DNA of 64,000 bases from Octopus sinensis (lineage: Eukaryota). The notes beneath the pieces were generated by a model. That model was given only the letters and a program-made list of their open reading frames with translations. It searched no databases and had not been told where the DNA came from. The DNA lies in the NCBI RefSeq assembly GCF_006345805.1, contig NC_043000.1:4898001-4962000 (forward strand), written 5' to 3'. Every line of letters starts with the position of its first letter. Position 1 is the first letter of the stretch. The position numbers and the translations under genes were made by a program. Shown piece by piece: positions 54,715 through 64,000 of this stretch.

Positions 54715-55033
54715 TCCAGAGGTTACAACAATGAAGGTTCCAGTTGGTTCAATCAACAGAACAGCCAGCTCATTACATTAACATGAAGTGGTTGAGCACT
54801 TCACAAACACACGTACCCTTAATGTAGTTCTCAAGGGAGATTCAGCATGACATAGAATGTAACAAGGCTGGCCCTTTGAATTACAGGTACTACTCATTGT
54901 AGCCAGCTGAGTTGACTGGAGCAACTTGAAATAGAGTGTCTTGCTCAAGGACATTATGTGCTGCCAGGAATCAAACTCATGACCTATAATTGGGAACTGA
55001 ATACCATAGTCCCTGAGTCACATGCCTTCACTC
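54715..55033 (-). mobile_element. Old SINE family A (head + CORE-like body + tail T1), CpG-decayed
   Basis: Same tail as 1-185 but with CG replaced by CA/TG. Confidence 0.8.
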
Positions 55034-55104
55034 TTATTCACTTATTAAAAAGCTCAAACCATCCAGATCTTGTCAATGAGTGACTCTACCAAATAAGTTA
55101 AGTA

Positions 55105-55366
55105 TTGGGTTGTCTGTAAAGTTCGTGCCGATTTTTAAAGGAAAGAAAAAGGTCAATAAATACTTACCATTACATTTTTAATCAACCAAATATAAACCAT
55201 TTTGTTGCACAATGCGTCTCCATCTTTCCTTTAACTTGAAAATACCCTCTTCCCAGAATTGAGGTGGTTTCATGGCAAAGAATTCATCAAGGTATCTTTT
55301 TACGCCATCCAAGGAATTGAAATTTTTACCATTAAGACTATTCTGCAGAGACCTGAATAAGTGGTT
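55105..55366 (-). mobile_element. Mariner transposon 3' end (transposase C-terminus and TIR), truncated
   Basis: HLFRSLQNSLNGKNFNSLDGVKRYLDEFFAMKPPQFWEEGIFKLKERWRRIVQQNGLYL*; ta|ttgggttgtc terminus. Confidence 0.85.
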
Positions 55367-55605
55367 GCACAAGTGTGTTCTACTATAGCCCCAAGCTGAC
55401 CAAAGCCTTGTGAGTAGATTTAGTAAAGGTAAACTGAAAGAAACCCATCACACATGAGTGTATATACTGTGTTTGTTTTATGTTTGTCCCACACAATTAC
55501 TTGACAATCAGTGTTTGTTTGCATCCCCATAATTTAGTGGTTTGGTATAAGACACCAAAAGAACAAGCGCTGGGTTAAAAAAAAAACAAAGAGAAAAAAA
55601 GCTAT

Positions 55606-56005
55606 AGGCACAGGCATGGCTGCGGGATAAGAAGTTTGCTTCCCAACCACATGGTTCTGGGTTCAGTCCCACTGCATGACACCTTTGGCAAGTGTCTTCT
55701 ACTATAGCTTTGGGCCTACCAAAGCCTTGTGAGTGGATTTGGTAGATGGAAACTGAAAGAAGCCCGTCGTATATATGTATATATATATATTTGTGTGTGT
55801 GTGTGTGTGTCTGTGTTTGTCCCCTCCCCTCCATTGCTTAACAACTGATGCTGGTGCGTTTATGTCCCCGTAACTTAGCAGTTCAGCAAAAGAAACTGAT
55901 AGAGTAAGTACTAGGCTTACAAAGAATAAGTCCTGGGGTCGATTTGTTTGACTGAAGGTGGTGCTCCAGCATGGCCACAGTCAAATGACTGAAACAAGTA
56001 AAAGG
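55606..56005 (+). mobile_element. SINE family B, full length, inside an older family B copy
   Basis: Complete head to tail; the older copy starts at about 55370. Confidence 0.85.
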
Positions 56006-56906
56006 TAAATAATAAAGATATGAACAGAAAAGAGACCTCTTCTGGTTTTGTTGGTTCAATAATTCGGTAGTGTTTAAAGAACATGTGCTCTGGATGTAGG
56101 ACAGAATTCAGAGACAGAGATAAAAACAGATCTTAATTTACAACTTGACGGTCAGTGTTTGTTTGCATCCCCATAATTTAAGACACTGTTAAAGATACCA
56201 ATAGAACAAATACCAGGCTTTAAAAAATAAGTACTTGAAGTGATTTGTTTAACAAAACACTTCAAGGTGATCATCCAGCACTGTCGCAGTCATATGACTG
56301 AAACAAGTAAAAGGGAAAGAATAAAGATATGAACAGAAAATAGGCCTCTTCTGATTCTGTTGGTACAATAATTCAGTAGTATTTAGACAGCATGTGGTTT
56401 GAATGTTGAACAGCATTCAGAGACAGACCTTAAAACAGATCTTAATTTACAATGTCAACTAAGGCAAAGTTTACATAAATGTGTTGCAAGAAAGTATATG
56501 CATACGTTCTGGTTTTATAAAGATTACTGAATAATTTGTAATGTAGAAAGTGCTTTTGTTTGTTGTTTATAAGTCAGTGTGTGAATGTAGATAATGGTCT
56601 GAAAAGGGGAAAAAAACAGATAATGTACACTTTTTTAAACTGTTAGAGATAGATGCACCAAAAAGATTTCTCAACCAACTTCAACATTGTAAAAGACATG
56701 TTGAAGCTGAAGGGGAGTCGATTCTATTGAAGCAAAGAAAAGAGCAAATGGCTCTTTAAAAGAGATAGAGATTGAGAGAAAGCTGTCTTTGTCACAATCT
56801 TTATCTAGAAAAATAGAGAGAGAGGGAGATGGAAAGGAAGAGAAAGGGAGAAAAAAAAGACAGCAAGAAATAAGGCAGTTTATTCATGGTTGTTTGAGTG
56901 AAAATA

Positions 56907-56940
<34 letters not shown>

Positions 56941-57185
56941 AGAGACAGAGACAGAGGGAGAGAGAGAACAGTTTGATTTTTGTTTAAATAGCTTAGATGG
57001 TTGATAAATTACTTTCCTTTGATTGGCCCAAATAATGAACATGGCTAAAGTATAAAACACTAAAATATTTCCAGAAAACGAGGTCACTACAAGTCAAAAA
57101 TATCAATATTTATTGTTTCTTTCCTTCACAGTTACACACACACACACACACTATATATATATATATATATATAATATATATACAT

Positions 57186-57221
<36 letters not shown>

Positions 57222-57527
57222 GTACTTACACACATACACACACACCCATATATTCACATATTTTTTGTATGCAATCTTGAGATTACTGGCTCTGAAAATT
57301 TAGATATTTCAATAGATTTTTGGGTGACAGGTTGTTTGGTAGCCCTCCTGGCATTGTATGCTGTAGTTAAGAAAGAGTAGTATTTACTTTGTCACTAAAT
57401 CAATGGGGCATTTGGTACAGAGTGTTTCAGGGACAGTTTGAATATCAGTTGCTAGTATTTATGATTAAACCCTCAAAGTGATCAGTGATTTTCCTAGTTA
57501 TTAAGGTCTACATTTTATATATATACT

Positions 57528-57925
57528 CTTTTACTTGTTTCAGTCATGTGACTGTGGCCGTGCTGGAGCACCGCCTTTAGTCGAGCAAATTGCCCCCGGA
57601 CTTATTCTTTGTAAGCCTAGTACTTATTCTATCGGCCTCTTTTGCCGAATCACTACATTACGGGGACGTAAGCATGCCAGCATCGGTTGTTAAGCGATGT
57701 GGGGACAAACACAGACACACAAACATATACATGCACATACATATATATATATATATACACATTTATACGATGGGCTTCTTTCAGTTTCCATCAACCAAAT
57801 CCACTCAAAAGGCTTTGGCCGGCCTGGGGCTATAGTAGCAGACACTTGCCCAAGGTGCCACACAGTGGGACTGGACCTGGAAGCATGTGATTGGTAAACA
57901 AGCTACTTACCACACAGCCACTCCT
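57528..57925 (-). mobile_element. SINE family B, full length
   Basis: tcttttacttgtttcagtc...cttaccacacagccactcct. Confidence 0.88.
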
Positions 57926-58140
57926 ATACATATATATATATATATAAAGATTCAGGTGAATAAGGCACCTAAAGGTAAGACACTGGGTTAGGTCAGAATT
58001 AAAATGCATACACAGCAAATATAGATGAATACAGAAGTACTGGCAAAACAATATTCAGGTTATGTATACAATTAACTGAAGCCAACTGAGTGCATCATCA
58101 GCCCTTGGGTTAATTCAGAAACACTCATATTATTAAATAT

Positions 58141-58442
58141 CATGTGATCACGTGACCGACCAGACCATCAGATGTTGCGACACATCACTGGTCACAATGC
58201 GATCGCATTGTTTTAGCCTTTGATTGACGCCTCCCCGCTGGCTAAGCGAGCAGGCCAACAGAAGAAAGAGAGAAAGAGTGGTGAAAGAGTACAGCAGGGA
58301 TCACCACCCCCTGCCGGAGCATCGTGGAGCTTTTCAGGTGTTTTCGCTCAATAAACACACACAACGTCCGGTCTGGGAATCAAAACCGCGATCCTACGAC
58401 CGTGAGTCCGCTGCCCTAACCATTGGGCCATTGCGCCTCCAC
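58141..58442 (-). mobile_element. SINE family A (head + A2 + T2) with 12-bp TSD
   Basis: attattaaatat at 58129-58140 and 58443-58454. Confidence 0.9.
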
Positions 58443-58550
58443 ATTATTAAATATATGGTCCATGATATATTTTGGAACACTTGGGGGACAGGTTCTGAGA
58501 GAGGTGAATTATAAATAAATAAATAAATAGATAAATAGCAATAGATGGAT

Positions 58551-58877
58551 TAAAAGACTCCGCCGGTTACGACGACGAGGGTCCCAGCTGATACGATCAA
58601 CGGAGAAGCTTGCTCGTGAAATTAACGTGCAAATGGCTGAGCATTCCACAGACACGTGTACCCTTAACGTAATTCTCGGGGATAATCAGCGTGACACAGA
58701 GAGTGACAAGGCTGACCCTTTGAAATACAAGTACAACTCATTTTTGCCAGCTGAGTGGACTGGAGCAACGTGAAATAAAGTGTCTTGCTCAAGGACACAA
58801 CGCGTCGCCGGGAATCGAACTCACAACCTTACGATCATGAGCCGAATGCCCTAACCACTAAGCCACGCACCCTCCCT
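58551..58877 (-). mobile_element. SINE family A (head + CORE-like + T1) with 12-bp TSD
   Basis: caatagatggat at 58539-58550 and 58878-58889. Confidence 0.9.
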
Positions 58878-59030
58878 ACAATAGATGGATAGGTGTTAAT
58901 TCATTACAGCTGTTTCTAATGAAGTTTCTAATTGATCAATGAGCACATTATATCATTATTAAAAAAACGTTTTCTTCAGATGAATACAGGAATTCTACAT
59001 TTAAAATCCACTGCCTGTGCATATTTGGTG

Positions 59031-59077
<47 letters not shown>

Positions 59078-59079
<2 letters not shown>

Positions 59080-59964
59080 GGGTCATCCTATAAATAATGC
59101 AGTTTTTTCAATTGCATGAACTAAAAGTTGGAGGGGGATGGGATAAACTACCTGAATCAACTTGCTATAAAAGCAGGTAATTTTACATTGTACTTAATTT
59201 TAGTGCAAGTTTTGAAGAGTGTAATTTGATTTTAACAGTTATTTTTTCAAAGCTATAATGGAAGTAACAAAGGAGCATATTCAGCATATTTTGCTTTATG
59301 AATTCAATAAAGACAACAACGCTGTGGAAAGTGCAAGGAATATTAATGCAGTATGTGGGGGATCAGACAGTAAGAATAAGCCAGTGTCAATGGTGGAAAC
59401 TAAAGCCTAGAAGACAAGCCAAATCCTTAAAGATCTGTATGGCTCAACAAGGACATCCTGCAAACCCTGGTGGAACTAGCAGAGAAGGAACTAGCAGAGA
59501 AGCTTGGATTTGGTCATTCAACCATTCATTGACACCTGTGCTAGAAGAAAAGTGACCATCTTTGGTTTCAAGACGAAAAGTGTTCTTCCATCATGACAAT
59601 GCTTGGCCACATACAGCGAGGATGACATTCCAAAGGCTGGAGCAGTTTGAATGGGAAGCGATGCCCCACCCACCATAATCGCTAGACATTGCCCCATCTG
59701 ATTATCATTTATTCCACAGTCTTCAAAATCGTTCGGATGGAAAAAAAAAGAATTCTGTAGACGAGGTCAGAACAGTACTGGAGGAGTATTTTAGTCTGGG
59801 TCAAGTGAATTTTGGAAGATGGGTCTTGCAAGTCTACCAAATAGATGGAAGAGCAATGTTGGAAATGAAGGAGAGTATATCTTCGGTTGAAAAAGAAGTT
59901 TGTTTATTTTAATTTTGAAAAATAAAAGAAGTATAAAAAACCACATTATTTATGGATGACCCAA
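59078..59964 (+). mobile_element. Internally deleted mariner element with both TIRs and TA TSD
   Basis: TIRs ttgggtcatcctataaataatgcagttttt / aaaaaccacattatttatggatgacccaa. MEVTKEHIQHILLYEF from 59258, then HHDNAWPH and P*SLDIAPSDYHLF (D34D-type); stops, frameshifts and a central deletion. Confidence 0.9.
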
Positions 59965-60524
59965 TATATAAATGGTCAGTTGTTCATAAGTGTGAATACT
60001 CTTAACAACTCATCATCAGATTTATCCATCAAAATGTGATCATAAATGACAAAGGAGTGGGAATTATGATGTTCATAGCTAATCTAAAGATATTAACAGT
60101 ATAGGAGAAAGTATACCAACAACAGCTATAATTGTATTTAAATTTCTTTCATAGTTTGTTATGTGTAAGATACCTTCAGCTTAACAATTCTCTATATTTA
60201 ACGGATGAATTATTTCAAAAATACTACAGTTGATCTTTGACTAAGGAAAAAGGCTCTATATTTTCACAGAAAGAGATTTAGGAAGTATCTCTATTTTTTA
60301 CTGATATTATGGATTTATGATAGATAACCTACAAAATTCCAAACGATCTTTGTGGCCGCCTACTCTTCTTAGAAACAATATCACTAGCTTAGCAGTTTTC
60401 ATCAAATAGATATTCAGTGTTGATAATTAATTCTGCAATCATCTTCAAGTATCTTCTACTATAGCCATGGGCTGGCAAAAGCCTTGTGAGTGGATTTGGT
60501 AGGTGTAAACTGAAAGAAACCTGT

Positions 60525-60570
<46 letters not shown>

Positions 60571-60848
60571 TGTGCGTGAATGTGTGTGTGCATGTATGTG
60601 TCTGTATGTGTGATGTGCTACTGTCTCCTTCCCTTGAGATCGTACAATAGTTGGAAACAAAATTCTCCAGCATGCAAACAGTGTTCATTGCGACAAATCT
60701 TTTGGGAAACAGGTTAGAGTTGATGACAGGAAAGGCTTCAGACTAGAAAATCCACGTCAATAAAATTCCAACTGACCCGTACAAGTGTGAAAAAGTTGAC
60801 ATTAAACCAATGATGATAATGATTATATTATATTATATATATATATAT

Positions 60849-61140
60849 GGAGGCACATGGCCTAGTGGTTAGGGCTCGTGGTTGAGAGATCATGGGTTCG
60901 AATCTCAGACTGGGCGATGTGTGTGTTTATGAGCGAAATACCTAAGCTCCACGTGGCTCCAGCAGAAGGTAATGGCGAATTTCTGCTGACTCTTTCGCCA
61001 TAACTTTCTCTCACTCTTTCCTCCTGCATCTTGCAGCTCACCTGCGATGGTCTGGTGTCCCATCCAGGTGGGGAACCTGTACGCCAAGGAAACCAGGAAA
61101 CTGGCCCTTATGAGCCAGGTGTGGCTCGAGAAGGAACAAA
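60849..61140 (+). mobile_element. SINE family A (head + A2-like body + tail T3)
   Basis: ggaggcacatggcctagtggttaggg...gagcgaaatacctaagctcc...tgtcccatccaggtgggg...gcccttatgag. Confidence 0.8.
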
Positions 61141-61175
61141 CATATATATATATATAGACACACATATATATATGT

Positions 61176-61240
<65 letters not shown>

Positions 61241-61242
<2 letters not shown>

Positions 61243-61814
61243 AAGCTTCATGATATTGCCCTCATGAGTGGAAGTTCATTTTGAGAATGTGGTTATGTCC
61301 ATTATTGGACAAGAGAGCAGTGTGTGTGTGTGTGTGTGTGTATGTGTGTGTGTGTGTATGTATGCTTGCATGTATATATGCAAGTATTTATATCAGTGTC
61401 TGTGTCTTTGTGATTATTCCCCTCATCTAGATATGTGTGTGCTATAATAAAACTTTACCATTCAAACAAACACTCATTTGTTTTTTGTTTGCTGTCCTCT
61501 GTGAAAACATGTTCAAGTTATTTGTTTTTCAGTCTGATGGGGGAAACAATTTATCTGTCTGAGAATTGGCATATGGAAAGGTATCTGGGTATCTGGCTAT
61601 AACCTATTCTGCTTCAATGAAATCTTGCCTGACCCATGCAAGCATAGAAAAGTAGATGTTAAAATGATGAGGATGAAAGTTACATCTATCTGTCTATGTA
61701 TCTGTCGGTCTGTCTATTTATATAAACATACATATAAAAATATATACTACTTAATATATATATGTATAAATATGTATGTATGTATGTATGTGTGTGTATA
61801 TATACATATATATA

Positions 61815-61847
<33 letters not shown>

Positions 61848-62450
61848 AGAAGCTTCATGATATTGCCCTCATGAGTGGAGTTCATTTTGAGAATGTGGTT
61901 ATGTCCATTATTGGACAAGAGAGCAGTGTGTGTGGTGTGTGTGTGTATGTGTGTGTGTGTGTATGTATGCTTGCATGTATATATGCAAGTATTTATATCA
62001 GTGTCTGTGTCTTTGTGATTATTCCCCTCATCTAGATATGTGTGTGCTATAATAAAACTTTACCATTCAAACAAACACTCATTTGTTTTTTGTTTGCTGT
62101 CCTCTGTGAAAACATGTTCAAGTTATTTGTTTTTCAGTCTGATGGGGGAAACAATTTATCTGTCTGAGAATTGGCATATGGAAAGGTATCTGGGTATCTG
62201 GCTATAACCTATTCTGCTTCAATGAAATCTTGCCTGACCCATGCAAGCATAGAAAAGTAGATGTTAAAATGATGAGGATGAAAGTTACATCTATCTGTCT
62301 ATGTATCTGTCGGTCTGTCTATCTATATAAACATACATATAAAAATATATACTACTTAATATATATATGTATAAATATGTATGTATGTATGTATGTGTGT
62401 GTATATATACATATATATATATATTATATATATATATATACATATACATA
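61241..62450. repeat. Near-identical tandem duplication of about 607 bp
   Basis: agaagcttcatgatattgccctcatgagtgg at 61241 and 61848; copies differ mainly in microsatellite length and a few bases. Confidence 0.9.
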
Positions 62451-62559
62451 CATACATATATATATATATATACATACATATATACATATATACATACATA
62501 CATACATATATACATATATACATACATACATATATACATATATACATACATACATATAT

Positions 62560-62601
<42 letters not shown>

Positions 62602-63184
62602 TATTACATAGATAGTAATAAAAATGCGATTTATATTTTTTAATAATTGTACTAAATTTTTGTGGTAAGAAAAAGAGTTAGAAAATATGGCAATATATTT
62701 TTAAAGGTAAATAAAATGCATTTTACTCAAAATGTTTATTTTGAATAACTTTCGAAAATTTCCACTTCCCTTGTTATATAACCAGTTCTAACTCTTGTAT
62801 GTTTTTGTTGTTTAATATTTAAAACAGCCAATACCGCTTCAAACAAATGTAATTTATCTTAAACTCTTTTCTCATTATCCCATAAAATGGCTCTCAAGTA
62901 TGCTTTTTCTATATATTATCTGAATATGATTAACTCAACATAACTTGTGTTGATCTAAGAGCCATTTTTCTATGTATTTCTTACAGTAAATTCTTGTTAA
63001 GTTATAAATAAATATTAAAATTTGTATTATATTATTATTTTGTCTATTTTCTCTCTCCCTACATATGCACACACATACATGCACAGACACACACATATAT
63101 ATAGAGAGACAAATAGAGAGAGAGGGAGGGAGGAGAGAGAGAGAGAGAGAGAGACATGTATATGTGTGTTTGCATATATATATG

Positions 63185-63223
<39 letters not shown>

Positions 63224-63864
63224 GAATATATATATAGATAGATAGATATATAAAACTGACATAAAAATGATATGGCTAAAAAGTATATACAAATTCTGAA
63301 AATCCACTTATGTCTAGCAACGGATATAATTTTCAGGTCCTCAGGGATATTACATTCAGTATTGACATGATGTTAATATTCACTGTTAGAAAATAAATAG
63401 CGCTGAAAGTTCCACTTAAAGATACCATATCAAATTTAATGAAAGGGCAAAAGTCTGAGTGGTAAATAGGAAGATTAACCAATTATAATTCACAATCTGT
63501 TTGTATAGCTTGTACTGGCCAAGTGAGTATAACGTCGGCTTCTCATCTGAGATTCCTTCAGGTATATACTGAATCTCTCTCCTATTATCTAACGGAACTA
63601 TAGAGAATAGGAAAAAGTAAAAGAGAATGGTTTGATATTTCTACATTGAATCATCAAGAAATTAATAAGTTTAGTAGTATACAGAGCTATCATTGATTTC
63701 TAGCCCACTCACAAAAACAGATGAAATAGCTTGGGGGGGTCTGTGTTGAAATCCTATCAATGGACATTAAATTTCTTTTTCCTCATTTCATGCAGCATGA
63801 CATAATATATAATATGTAGGTAAAAATAGTATATATATGTTATATATATAATAGTATATATAAT

Positions 63865-64000
63865 AGGCACAGGTATAGGTGTGTGGTAAGAAATTGGTTC
63901 CAGGTTCAATCCCAGTGTGTTGCACCTTGAAAAATTCTCTTCTTATCTAGTAGAAACTGATGTATATTTTATGGGCTTCTTTCAGTTGCTTTCCACCAAA
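63865..64000 (+). mobile_element. SINE family B 5' part, degraded, cut by window end
   Basis: ggtgtgtggtaagaa...ggttcaatccc...gggcttctttcag. Confidence 0.6.

Noticed and set aside
38000-64000. MORN-repeat exons of junctophilin
   Set aside because: Manual scan found no Y-x-G-x-W...G.G coding segments on the minus strand; they are presumed beyond the window end.

Overview
AT-rich, microsatellite-saturated animal genomic DNA, most likely an octopus (coleoid cephalopod). This is inferred from the composition and the tRNA-headed SINE families; no search was run. Most of the window appears to be intronic sequence of one large minus-strand gene, junctophilin. Two exons are supported. The 119-nt exon at 37881-37999 encodes the conserved alpha-helical segment (R)MANARSKSEQADHAASLAGQDSDIARMKAKEYAPEFIQPG. 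The 1061-nt exon at 26013-27073 encodes the divergent region with a polyQ tract, and the two exons are phase-compatible. The MORN-repeat exons were not found and probably lie beyond the right edge. No canonical C-terminal transmembrane exon was identified, but three candidate C-termini lie within about 500 bp of the last donor. The rest is four tRNA-headed or RTE-tailed SINE-like families (my labels A-D), LINE 3' fragments (CR1-like, R4/Dong-like, Penelope-like), mariner, hAT-like and Helentron-like DNA elements, several degenerate tandem arrays, three long intronic hairpins, and a 100-N gap. Nearly all ORFs in the supplied track are microsatellite or SINE artefacts. Repeat boundaries are approximate unless a TSD or TIR is quoted.
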